64,000 nt of DNA from an uncultured Gammaproteobacteria bacterium (GTDB lineage: Bacteria > Patescibacteriota > Patescibacteriia > CAIXNZ01). The stretch is taken from the NCBI GenBank assembly GCA_964590345.1, contig CAZPVP010000002.1, positions 9,945 to 73,944 of the forward strand, in the 5' to 3' direction. Positions 19,100 to 28,110 of the stretch are shown piece after piece. Both the position numbers and the translations under genes were made by a program. The notes beneath the pieces were generated by a model. It had not been told where the DNA came from, did no database searches, and saw only the letters and a list, made by a program, of their open reading frames with translations. Each line of letters begins with the position of its first letter. The first letter of the stretch is position 1.

Positions 19100-20719
19100 T
19101 TAGCCTTTTTCAATAGTTGTTGGTGGCTTACCGGTTACGCGCCAAACAACTTCTCCTACTTCATAAATTTCATTAGCCATTCTTCTGGCCACTGTTTTTA
19201 TAAAGTCCCAGGGAAGCTCTGCTCCTTGAGCAGTAAAACCATTAACACTCCAGACAGCCCATAATTCAATCTGAATACCAGTAAAAGCATCATCACCTTT
19301 AGTACAGGTTGTTTTTGATGCTGTAACAACAGCTCCTGCTTGCCAGACCTTGTCATACAGCCCCCATTTACGTAGCCCGTCAATAAAGATCATATCAGCC
19401 TTACGGGCTATTTTTAAATTTTCTTCAGTTATTTCACCTTCTACCCTGACCACCAAACCCGGGCCTGGGAATGGATGGCGGGTTAAAAGTTCCTCTGGCA
19501 CACTGATTTCCCGGCCAATATTCCGGCCTGAATCTTTAACACAGTCAGACAAAGGTAAAACTTCCTCAAACTCATCTAAAAAATTGAGGTTGACATTGTG
19601 GTGAATTTTTATGACTGCTTTTACTGCACCGGATTCATAACCCCCGCCACTTTCGGAAATGTCAGTGTAAAGAGTTCCCTGAACTATTATTGTACACTTA
19701 TATTTCCTGGCTACTTCCTCGATTATTCTTTTGTAAACACCGCGCATAGCTAAGCGCTTTTCTTTCATCGTTATCTTGCCCTTTAAAGCTTCGAGGAAAT
19801 TTTGTGTGGCATCAACAACTACCAATTCAAGCCAATCTTGATTGCCAAAATATTCCAATACATGAGCTCCGTCATCTGGGCGGTCTATTCCCTTAATATA
19901 TAGGGCTATAATCTTACCCGCTTTATCTCCTAGCTTTTCTTTGGCTCTTTTTAACAGATAAGCGCAGGTTGAAGAATCAGAACCGCCAGACAAAGCTAAA
20001 AGCAAATTTTTACTTTTAATTTTTTTAGCTAACCAATTGATTTTTTGCTTAGCCACTTCAGCTGCAGGATAAACATCCTGGGCTTTACAGTTTTCAAAAC
20101 AGAAATTAACTAAAAACTGCGGACCGTCTTCGGTATCAGTTACTTCAGGGTGGAACTGAACACCGACACAATGTTTATACTGAGCAATTGCTACTTCAGC
20201 ATTTTCAGTTGAGGCAATTACACTTAGATTAGGGTGAAGAGCAACTTTATCACCATGGCTTTGTAAAACTTTACCACCTTGCTTACAGTCCTTGATAATT
20301 TTATACTGAGGCAATAAAATATTTAATTCGTGGATACCAAATTCTCTTTTGTCCGAAGGGATAACTTTAAAGCCAAAGTGCTGAGCCCAAAGCTGAAAGC
20401 CCAGACAAATACCTAAGATAGGTATACCTAAATCAAATATTTTTTCATCGAATGGTGGCGGATCTAACCAAGCAGAAACCGGTCCTCCAGAAAGAATAAT
20501 ACCAATTGGATTTACTTTTCTCACATCTTCAGCTGTAACACTGGCTGGATCAGCAACCAAGCAAAAGACCCCCAGTTTATCAATTTCCTGCTTAATTAAA
20601 TGGTCAAATTGACTACCTAAAGAAAAAAGCAAAAAAACCTCATTGGTTTTCCGTACGCTCATTTCTTCTTTTATCTCAGCCAGAGATTGATCTGTTGCCT
20701 TTTTCAATGTATAAAGCAA
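19100..20719 (-). CDS. guaA: GMP synthase (glutamine-hydrolysing)
   Basis: Class I GATase (GICLGFQL...QFHPEV), PP-loop LALSGGSDSSTCAYLL and a C-terminal dimerisation domain. Confidence 0.9.
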   Translation of the reverse strand: MLYTLKKATDQSLAEIKEEMSVRKTNEVFLLFSLGSQFDHLIKQEIDKLGVFCLVADPASVTAEDVRKVNPIGIILSGGPVSAWLDPPPFDEKIFDLGIPILGICLGFQLWAQHFGFKVIPSDKREFGIHELNILLPQYKIIKDCKQGGKVLQSHGDKVALHPNLSVIASTENAEVAIAQYKHCVGVQFHPEVTDTEDGPQFLVNFCFENCKAQDVYPAAEVAKQKINWLAKKIKSKNLLLALSGGSDSSTCAYLLKRAKEKLGDKAGKIIALYIKGIDRPDDGAHVLEYFGNQDWLELVVVDATQNFLEALKGKITMKEKRLAMRGVYKRIIEEVARKYKCTIIVQGTLYTDISESGGGYESGAVKAVIKIHHNVNLNFLDEFEEVLPLSDCVKDSGRNIGREISVPEELLTRHPFPGPGLVVRVEGEITEENLKIARKADMIFIDGLRKWGLYDKVWQAGAVVTASKTTCTKGDDAFTGIQIELWAVWSVNGFTAQGAELPWDFIKTVARRMANEIYEVGEVVWRVTGKPPTTIEKG

Positions 20720-20834
20720 TTTATTTCTCCTTTCTTGTAATGTACTAATTTTCTTTTAACTTATACTAAACTAAAAATAATGTCAATCAATTATTTTAAC
20801 CAATAGTTATCGTCAAAAATCAAAAAAGAGAGCA

Positions 20835-21818
20835 TTAACTCTCTTTTTGCAATAGATTGTATAAAATTGAAGCCACTTTATAGGGATCATGACGGATTAA
20901 GGCTCTGCTCAAATTATCGCCTTTAACTTTTTCCGGTATTTTTTGGCTCATGATATTTTCGCCTAAAAATTTGGTTTGCCGGCCAGCAAAATCTTTTTTA
21001 TTGACTTTAACAGGAAACTCTCCTTCTTGGGCATATGAGTCCAAAAATTTCTTGTTCGGTCTTTGGCTATTGTAAAGCACATAGTCAAAAATATCTTTCT
21101 TAAGCTCTTTTTCCAAAATTTCAACAAAATCAACAACCTTAAAATCATGGGTGTGATTTTTTTGGGTCATTAAATTGCAAATATAGACTTTTATTGCCTG
21201 AGAATCTCTAATTGCGTCAGCAATCCCGCCGATTATTAAATTGGGCAAAATGCTGGTATAAATATCACCAGGACAGATAACAATCAAATCGCTGACCAAA
21301 AGACGTTCTATGGCCGTAGGATTTGCAGTCGGTTCCTGATTAAAACCAATACTAATAATCGGCTGTTCTTTCAAATCAATTGCATGCTCGCCTGTGATGG
21401 CCTGGCCTTCCGCAGTCTTGGCAATTAAACGGACATCGTCCAATGTAACCGGTATAACATTACCTCGGGTTTGCAATACTTGCCCTGCTAATTTTAAAGC
21501 CAATTCAAAGTCGCCGGTCATTTGTTCTAAGGCCGTAATAAACAAATTGCCGAAATTTTGGCCTGCCAAATGTCCGGAAATAAAACGGAAATTAAAAAGC
21601 AAGCGCCAAATTTTTTCTGCCTGTGACAAAGCAATCAAGCACTGACGTGTATCGCCTGGCGGCAATGCTCCCAATTCGTCGCGCAACACCCCGGAAGAAC
21701 CGCCATCGTCTGTCATTGCTACAATTGCAGCCAAATCCAAATCCTGATAATTTTTTAAGCCTGTCAAAATTGTAAAAGAGCCGGTGCCTCCGCCAATAAC
21801 CGTAACTTTATACATCAA
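20835..21818 (-). CDS. YvcK/CofD-like (UPF0052, gluconeogenesis factor family)
   Basis: VTVIGGGTGSFTILTGLK ... VAMTDDGGSSG signature. Confidence 0.8.
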   Translation of the reverse strand: MMYKVTVIGGGTGSFTILTGLKNYQDLDLAAIVAMTDDGGSSGVLRDELGALPPGDTRQCLIALSQAEKIWRLLFNFRFISGHLAGQNFGNLFITALEQMTGDFELALKLAGQVLQTRGNVIPVTLDDVRLIAKTAEGQAITGEHAIDLKEQPIISIGFNQEPTANPTAIERLLVSDLIVICPGDIYTSILPNLIIGGIADAIRDSQAIKVYICNLMTQKNHTHDFKVVDFVEILEKELKKDIFDYVLYNSQRPNKKFLDSYAQEGEFPVKVNKKDFAGRQTKFLGENIMSQKIPEKVKGDNLSRALIRHDPYKVASILYNLLQKES

Positions 21819-21888
21819 ATCACCTCCCTGCGTCCTCCGAAGCTTCAGCGAAGGAGGACTTTTATAATTTGATTATTTTACCTTACTA

Positions 21889-22671
21889 TCAAATTAATTT
21901 TTTGTCAACTGAATTAATTATCTTGCCTTCTTTAACCCATGACCAATATTTTTTAGGGATCAACTTTTGGGCTAATTTAGTATTTTTCCTTTCCGGAATA
22001 AAATTCGCCTGATAAAAAACCTGCCAAAACTTATCAAAATTATTTTTACTAATTTTTAGATCAAATTTGTCTGTTGGAATCTGAAATAACTGATCCTGAT
22101 AAAGAAAGTAAATAATTTTTGGTGTTTTAAGCAGCAAATGATAACCAAAATAACGGTTCCTAAAACCATTAATCACTAAATCTCCGACTTGATTTTCTTC
22201 TTCAAAATAAGCCAGTAAAAATTTTTCTTTACTTCTTTCAATGGGAATAAAACGGATAAAACCCAAAGCCCGATGAACTTCTGACCGAACTTGCCGGGCC
22301 AAGTTAAAAAGGTCATTAGCTTCAGCTGAACTTTTATTGTTTACATAAATTAAACCAAATTTCAAGGCTTGGTGCATTGTTTCAATAATGATTTTGTATT
22401 TAAATTCTTTCCAATGGCGCAAAGCATCATTAATATTATTTTTAAATTGTAAAAAATCCTGATTTCTATTTTTTAACCATTTGACTTGGCCGAATTTTTG
22501 ATTATGATGATCTAAAATTTCCTGCCAGTTTAATCTATCAATATCAACAAAAGTTTCTTCAGCGAATAAATTATCGGCCTCATTTTTGGAACTTAAATAA
22601 TAGCCGGTTAGATTACTATATAAAACCGAGTATAAAATTGATTCAAATTTGTCTTGAAATTTTATTATCAT
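21889..22671 (-). CDS. DUF4130-type partner (TIGR03915-like) of the radical-SAM DNA-repair protein
   Basis: 260 aa. Downstream of the HhH radical SAM gene and co-oriented with it, separated by a 77-bp spacer. This pair is typically SOS-regulated. The family assignment is from architecture and context and was not verified by HMM. Confidence 0.55.
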   Translation of the reverse strand: MIIKFQDKFESILYSVLYSNLTGYYLSSKNEADNLFAEETFVDIDRLNWQEILDHHNQKFGQVKWLKNRNQDFLQFKNNINDALRHWKEFKYKIIIETMHQALKFGLIYVNNKSSAEANDLFNLARQVRSEVHRALGFIRFIPIERSKEKFLLAYFEEENQVGDLVINGFRNRYFGYHLLLKTPKIIYFLYQDQLFQIPTDKFDLKISKNNFDKFWQVFYQANFIPERKNTKLAQKLIPKKYWSWVKEGKIINSVDKKLI

Positions 22672-22748
22672 AAATTTAGATTACAGATTACAGATTTCAG
22701 ATTAACAATGATCTTCCGCAATCTGTAATCTGACATCTGCAATATGAT

Positions 22749-24050
22749 TTAAATTGCCTCTAAACACAAACTCAATTGCAAATTTTCTTCTTTTTGTTCT
22801 GGTCTTAAAAGGCCAGTAGCTATAATACTTTTGTCTGAAAACGGTAAAAACTTGGATCTTTTTTCTAAATTTACTCCGCCAAAATATTGCCCGTTTATTA
22901 AAATAAAATCCCTGGCTCTTTTTAAAACTACGCCCATATTTTTTAATTCTGCTAAACTTTTTATTAAATATCCTTTTCGCAAACTAATAATTCGGCGGGC
23001 GCTTATTTCACCTAAACCAGGGATTCGTAATAAAACATGAAAAGGCGCTTTATTAATTTCAATTGGAAATTTGTCTAAATTTTTCAAAGCCCAAGCCATT
23101 TTGGGATCCAAATCAATTGGCAAATTGCCCTGCTCATCAAAAGGCAATTCCTCAAAAGCAAAACCATAACGTCTAAGCAGCCAGTCCGCCTGATATAGCC
23201 GATTTTCCCTTTTTAAGGGAACTTGATTTTTAATCGGCAAATTATTATCTTGATTGACTGGTACAAAAGCTGAATAATAAACCCGACGTAAATTAATTTT
23301 TTGATAAAGCCAGGTGCTGGTCATTATAATCTCCTGATCGCTCTCGCCAGCCGCGCCAATTACCATTTGCGTAGTCTGGCCAGCCGGAATTTGCCGCCCG
23401 CCATTATCAATAATTTTTTTCATCACCATCATCGGACCGATAATATCATGTTTTAAATCCTTTTCCGGGGAAATCAAAGCTAATTTTTCCATGGTAGGAC
23501 ATTCCAAATTAACGCTCATGCGATCAGCCAATTTGGCTCCTTTTTCAATTAATGTCTGATTAATTCCAGGCAAAACTTTTAAATGAATATAACCATGAAA
23601 CTGGTATTCAAACCGCAAAATTTCTACAACCTTAATCATGCGTTCCATTGTTTCTTCGGCATTTTTATTAATACCTGAAGTTAAAAAAAGACCCTCAACA
23701 TAATTTCTTTTATAAAACTGGATAAATAAATCAGCTAATTCTCTTTCTGCAAAACAGGTGCGCGGCCTGTCATTGCTTTGGCGATTCACACAATACAAAC
23801 AATTATTTATGCATTGGTTAGTTAATAAAACCTTAAACAAAGAAACACAGCGACCATCAGGCGTAAAAGAATGACAAACGCCCATGCGCGTCACATTACC
23901 CATGCCTTTTACGCCCCAGCTTTTGGGCGTGCAACCAGTTGAAGCGCAAACATCATATTTGGCTGCTTCAGTTAAAATTTTTAATTTATCAATAGTTTCC
24001 ATTACATTTAAAATTAGCTTCGGCTGGACAATGTAACCATAAAAGCCCAT
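22749..24050 (-). CDS. putative DNA modification/repair radical SAM protein (TIGR03916-like)
   Basis: CINNCLYC CX3CX2C radical SAM motif. The C-terminal HhH-like region (LLRIPGLGEISARRII) is typical of this family. Confidence 0.75.
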   Translation of the reverse strand: MGFYGYIVQPKLILNVMETIDKLKILTEAAKYDVCASTGCTPKSWGVKGMGNVTRMGVCHSFTPDGRCVSLFKVLLTNQCINNCLYCVNRQSNDRPRTCFAERELADLFIQFYKRNYVEGLFLTSGINKNAEETMERMIKVVEILRFEYQFHGYIHLKVLPGINQTLIEKGAKLADRMSVNLECPTMEKLALISPEKDLKHDIIGPMMVMKKIIDNGGRQIPAGQTTQMVIGAAGESDQEIIMTSTWLYQKINLRRVYYSAFVPVNQDNNLPIKNQVPLKRENRLYQADWLLRRYGFAFEELPFDEQGNLPIDLDPKMAWALKNLDKFPIEINKAPFHVLLRIPGLGEISARRIISLRKGYLIKSLAELKNMGVVLKRARDFILINGQYFGGVNLEKRSKFLPFSDKSIIATGLLRPEQKEENLQLSLCLEAI

Positions 24051-24246
24051 AATCTTTTAAAGTCTTTGCCCAGCCGAACTCTGGCCTGTTAGTTTAGCTG
24101 CCTATTTTTAAAAAAATAGGTTTATTTATAATTATTTAATTTTCAAGCTCGGATCAAGCGAATAAATTAAGGAAAAAAACTTACAAACAACCCGGCGATA
24201 AATCATTTTTTGTTTTCTTGACATAATAATATTTGTTAATTAGTTT

Positions 24247-24280
24247 ATTAGCCTTCGCTAACCGTAGTTAGCTTCGGCTA
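24247..24280. promoter_or_regulatory. two tandem TTAGC-N4-GCTAA palindromes (candidate LexA operators)
   Basis: TTAGCCTTCGCTAA and TTAGCTTCGGCTAA are separated by 6 bp. They sit between lexA and the SOS-type rSAM operon, right after a TTGACA-17-TAGTTT plus-strand promoter-like site. Confidence 0.4.
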
Positions 24281-24529
24281 ACAAAGGTTAGTTAATTAGT
24301 ATATTGGGCACAAATTATATTTCAACTTAACATTTGTATGTTTGTATTAAATTTGTATTTTCGTAGGAGTTAATTTATAATAATAAAAAGAGAGACCTTG
24401 TTTATCCAATAAGTGTTTCTCTGTCGCTAAACAGAATTCACCCCAAGCTTCGGGGTGAGTTTTGTTTTAGAAGATGCGTTATCTAAAACTTAACCCGCCC
24501 CAAAAGCAGAGTGTATTTAAAATTAATTA

Positions 24530-25141
24530 TTAAACAACGGCAAATTTGCGAATAACAGCCCGAACAACTCCCTGAACCATCACATTTTTAGCAAAAATAG
24601 GCTTCATGGTAGAATTGGCCGGCTGCAGCCTGACGCGATTGGCTTCTTTGTAAAACTTTTTTAACGTCGCAAAAGTATTATCCAGCAAAGCGACTACCAC
24701 CTGGCCGTTTTGCGGATTTTCATTTTCTTCAACAATCACATAATCGCCATCGTAAATCCCCTCTTCAATCATTGATTCTCCTTTAACTTTTAAAACATAA
24801 GACTTGGCTTCATCTTTAACAAAATCTGCCGGCACAGCAATTTTCTCCTTATTTTCCACGGCCTCAATAGGTTCACCAGCCGTAATTAACCCGGCCAAGC
24901 TCAAAAAAATCGCGTCTGCCCTTTCATTTTCAACAATTTCTATTGATCTGGCTTCATTAGGATCTGTTTTTAAATAACCTTTGTTTTGCAAAGCTTGGAC
25001 ATGCTCACAAACTGTGGCTGTTGAAGACAAGCCAAAATGCTGGCCTATCTCCCGATAACTTGGGGCATAACCATTATCTTCGATAAATTGATTTATAAAA
25101 TCTAATATTTCTTTTTGGCGTTTTGTTAAATTGTCACCCAT
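24530..25141 (-). CDS. lexA: LexA repressor
   Basis: N-terminal wHTH (LTKRQKEILDFI...GYAPSYREIG) and a C-terminal S24 peptidase domain (VKGESMIEEGIYDGDYVIV). Confidence 0.85.
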   Translation of the reverse strand: MGDNLTKRQKEILDFINQFIEDNGYAPSYREIGQHFGLSSTATVCEHVQALQNKGYLKTDPNEARSIEIVENERADAIFLSLAGLITAGEPIEAVENKEKIAVPADFVKDEAKSYVLKVKGESMIEEGIYDGDYVIVEENENPQNGQVVVALLDNTFATLKKFYKEANRVRLQPANSTMKPIFAKNVMVQGVVRAVIRKFAVV

Positions 25142-25176
25142 AAGGTTTAAGGTTTAAGATTTAAGATGTAAGATTA

Positions 25177-25542
25177 TTATTTTAAAGATTTAATCCAACC
25201 GTTTAATATTCTGCCCGTTTCATTTGCCAATTCTGACAATTGAATAAATTTTTCTTTTTTAATATATTTTAATTCGTAACTTAATAGTATTTGATACTTT
25301 AATTCCTCTAATGAGGCTTCTGCATAATAATAAAAATTAAATTTGTCTTTTCCTCTTCTTTTAAATCCTTCTGCAATATTTGAAGGCACTGAAATCGCAC
25401 ATCTTCTTATCTGGGATACTAAACCATATTTCTCATGTTCTGGAAAAGCAACAGTTGCTTTATAAACTAATAAAACTAATTTGTGAGATTTTTCCCAAGC
25501 TTTTAAATCATTGATAGTCCTTATAGTTTTAACTTTTACCAT
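25177..25542 (-). CDS. four-helix-bundle protein (23S rRNA intervening-sequence protein family, TIGR02436-like)
   Basis: 121 aa. The pattern ...AISVPSNIAEG...YAEASLEELKYQ is typical of this family. Confidence 0.65.
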   Translation of the reverse strand: MVKVKTIRTINDLKAWEKSHKLVLLVYKATVAFPEHEKYGLVSQIRRCAISVPSNIAEGFKRRGKDKFNFYYYAEASLEELKYQILLSYELKYIKKEKFIQLSELANETGRILNGWIKSLK

Positions 25543-25793
25543 AATTTTAAACTTAGTCCTTAAACCTTAAATCTTAAATCTCCTCACAACCCAAACAAAA
25601 ACCGAATAATCTTATACTTCCATAATAACCGAACAAAATCCGAATGTCAAGGGTGGTTATCCACAACATAGCAAAAACTACTTTTATTTATTGAAAAAAA
25701 ATCCGCCCATTTAAGTGCGGATCATTATCCCCTTTCGCCTACAAAATAAAGGCCTTTGGTGCGTTGAGTATTGTAGTATTGGGACATAATATT

Positions 25794-26143
25794 TTAAATC
25801 TCAAAATGTTTTTTTAAATATTGCTTAATCTGATTCAGAACAGATTGATCAGCTCGACCAATTTTTTTAATTAAACGGGAATAATCTAATGATGCTAAGC
25901 AATAAACTTTAATTATAGAATCAGATTTTAAGCAATTAGAAGAATCAGCAGCAATCAAAATATCATCAGCTAATTTATTTTCCCTAACTGAAGTTAAAGG
26001 GATAACTGTCACTAAATTAGATTTACATAACTGATCATTTGCCTCTATGACAATTGCCGGACGTCTGCCTTGATATTCATGCCCTACACTGGGATCAAAA
26101 TCAGTCCAAATAATATCGCCTTACTTTAATTTACCTTTTAAAT
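25794..26143 (-). pseudogene. MazF/PemK-family toxin gene with an in-frame TAA at codon 9
   Basis: The ATG overlaps the antitoxin stop (ATGA) and is followed by MNLKGKLK then TAA. Downstream, in the same frame, is GDIIWTDFDPSVGHEYQGRRPAIVIEAND...VTVIPLTS, which matches the MazF core. No canonical start follows the stop. Confidence 0.6.
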
Positions 26144-26989
26144 TCATAAATTTTCATAATAATCATATTCTTCTTTTGATATCGGACCTAATTCTTTCAA
26201 TATATCTTTGCCTGCTGCGTTTTGCCACTCAGCCCAGTGGTCTGCTTGAGCATAAGGAGCTGTGCGATCATAAACCAAATAATAAGGAATTATTTCTTTT
26301 TCTTTGGCAATTTTCCATGGGGTATCTTCATGCACATAATCTTCAATCTGCTTGGCATTCATATCTGACAAATTATTTATAACTTTATCAATCAATTTAA
26401 TTTCTTCAGCTTTTTTAAAAATAGACAAATCAGGATCAACCAAAGAAATATATCTTTTTTGTGGCATGCCATGATATGTCTGACTAATAATTTTTAATTC
26501 ATCATTTTTAACCATTTGTTCAATAACCGAATTATAATCTTTTAAGCACGGTACCGGACCGAACTGCAATTTGATATAATTCATGTTTGTTACTGGCTTT
26601 CCCAAAATTTCAAAAGCATCAAAATCAATAAAATAAAGCAGTTTATACAAAACAGTCTCACCCAAATTTGGTTTACCGCCGCACTTTTGTAAAATATACA
26701 AAATCACATTTTTCAATTTATATTGATCAAACTTGAATACTTGACTCTGTTTTTTATTAGCCTTTTTTTCAACTTTATTTTTTTCATCAATCAGCAAATA
26801 ATCAACTGAAGTTCCAAATACTTGGGCAATTTTAGCCAGCTCCAAAGAATCAATACTTCTTTTACTGGCTTCAATTTGCGCTACTGCTACACGAGAAAGG
26901 CCGATTTTTGAGGCTAATTCAGCCTGACTCATATCAAAATCAAGCCTTAATTTTTTAATTTTTTGGGCCAATTTTTTTTGACTTAACAT
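26144..26989 (-). CDS. antitoxin: N-terminal XRE-type HTH fused to a DUF4065/Panacea domain
   Basis: HTH (LAQKIKKLRLDFDMSQAELASKIGLSRVAV). The C-terminal region (LYKLLYFIDFDAFEILGKP) is DUF4065-like. The gene is translationally coupled to the downstream MazF-like ORF. Confidence 0.6.
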   Translation of the reverse strand: MLSQKKLAQKIKKLRLDFDMSQAELASKIGLSRVAVAQIEASKRSIDSLELAKIAQVFGTSVDYLLIDEKNKVEKKANKKQSQVFKFDQYKLKNVILYILQKCGGKPNLGETVLYKLLYFIDFDAFEILGKPVTNMNYIKLQFGPVPCLKDYNSVIEQMVKNDELKIISQTYHGMPQKRYISLVDPDLSIFKKAEEIKLIDKVINNLSDMNAKQIEDYVHEDTPWKIAKEKEIIPYYLVYDRTAPYAQADHWAEWQNAAGKDILKELGPISKEEYDYYENL

Positions 26990-27062
26990 AACGTTTTTTT
27001 TACTTGACTTAACTTATTTGAATTATAACATAATATATAAAATCTTACAATGATGTAAAAAA

Positions 27063-27081
27063 ACTTGACATTATTTGTCAA
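27063..27081. promoter_or_regulatory. palindromic operator candidate CTTGACA-N5-TGTCAAG upstream of the TA operon
   Basis: Perfect 7-bp inverted repeat arms about 75 nt upstream of the HTH-antitoxin start codon. Confidence 0.4.
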
Positions 27082-27159
27082 GCCTGCTATGTTGATAAAT
27101 AAGGAGCTTACTTCCAGCAATTCCCTAAGAATTGCTTAATAAATATATGGCGGCTAATT

Positions 27160-27191
27160 AAAGCGCTCGGGCTTTCAGCCCGAGCGCTTAT
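27160..27191 (-). terminator. GC-rich hairpin terminator downstream of the Cys-motif/TcmP-like gene pair
   Basis: Perfect 13-bp stem AAGCGCTCGGGCT / AGCCCGAGCGCTT with a 3-nt loop, in AT-rich context. Confidence 0.5.
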
Positions 27192-27216
27192 GCTATTAAA
27201 AATTTTCAAATATCTC

Positions 27217-28071
27217 TTAAGCATAACATCTTAAAAATTCCCTACATATTTCCGGTGTCGTAATAGAAACTTTAAAATTATTTTCCTGCAAATCCACAGT
27301 ATGTTCTTTTATGTGATATTCTATATTTCTTTCTAAACAAAATTTAATTACTTTATAAGTTAATTCATTATAATAAGACTTGTAATTAGAAAAATCACTG
27401 GTATTACTATTATAGTTCCATTTGCCAAAAACAATTTTGTCCACAAATGAAACTTTTTCCAAAATATCCTCAATATTTTGCTTTATATTAAATTTCTCTA
27501 ACATATTAGGCGTAGGATATGGTTCTATACTTACCCAAGTTTTCAGGTCATTATTATGCAAATTCTTCAAAGATTTTATTCTTTCTCTAACTTTTGCCGC
27601 ATATGGCTCATGTATTTTTTGAAATTTATCTGATAAAGAAATTATTGTAGAACCATACTCATTTATATCTTTATAAATATTTTTATTAAACAAATCTTTG
27701 GGATAAACACCTTTACTAATTGTTATTACTTTAATATTATCTTTATTCAATCTTTTGATTACATTTAAAGTCAAATTGTGAATCTCGGGTTGTTTATACA
27801 TAAAGGGGTCAGTAGCAAAAGACAGATAAACTGATTTAATCTGATTTTTATATTTGGGAATTTCTTTTTCTAATAATTCCAATGCATTGACAACAATTTT
27901 AGGCTGGCGCCATTCATTATAATTTTTTATAACACCGCATCTTTTTTTAAGCATCATAGCATAGCAAGGATAAGTACAGCCATGCACGCAACCTTCAGCA
28001 TGATTAATACAAAAATCAGCGTATTCAACACCGCTCTTGTAAAGCAAGGTTTTCCTTGTTATTTTTTGCAT
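27217..28071 (-). CDS. Cys-motif protein (CVHGCTYPCYA; radical-SAM-like/SplB-like)
   Basis: N-terminal GCVHGCTYPCYAM with Cx3Cx3C spacing and a CYA ending, resembling DNA-repair photolyase-like and three-Cys-motif families. It is the adjacent partner of the TcmP-like gene. Confidence 0.4.
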   Translation of the reverse strand: MQKITRKTLLYKSGVEYADFCINHAEGCVHGCTYPCYAMMLKKRCGVIKNYNEWRQPKIVVNALELLEKEIPKYKNQIKSVYLSFATDPFMYKQPEIHNLTLNVIKRLNKDNIKVITISKGVYPKDLFNKNIYKDINEYGSTIISLSDKFQKIHEPYAAKVRERIKSLKNLHNNDLKTWVSIEPYPTPNMLEKFNIKQNIEDILEKVSFVDKIVFGKWNYNSNTSDFSNYKSYYNELTYKVIKFCLERNIEYHIKEHTVDLQENNFKVSITTPEICREFLRCYA

Positions 28072-28110
28072 GGGGTTTTATCTATAAAAATCTATATAGT
28101 CGCAAATATA

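Noticed and set aside
25141-25590. Heptad repeat arrays as a CRISPR array
   Set aside because: The units are 7 bp with no spacers of 25-40 bp, and there are only 2-5 units per side with no cas genes. They are not CRISPR.
25794-26143. Stop-codon reassignment (TAA read as sense) to explain the in-frame stop in the MazF-like gene
   Set aside because: Many well-supported genes in the window (gatB, dnaE, the GT2s and others) terminate at TAA with expected protein lengths. A global TAA recoding is therefore excluded, and a nonsense mutation or sequencing error is more parsimonious.
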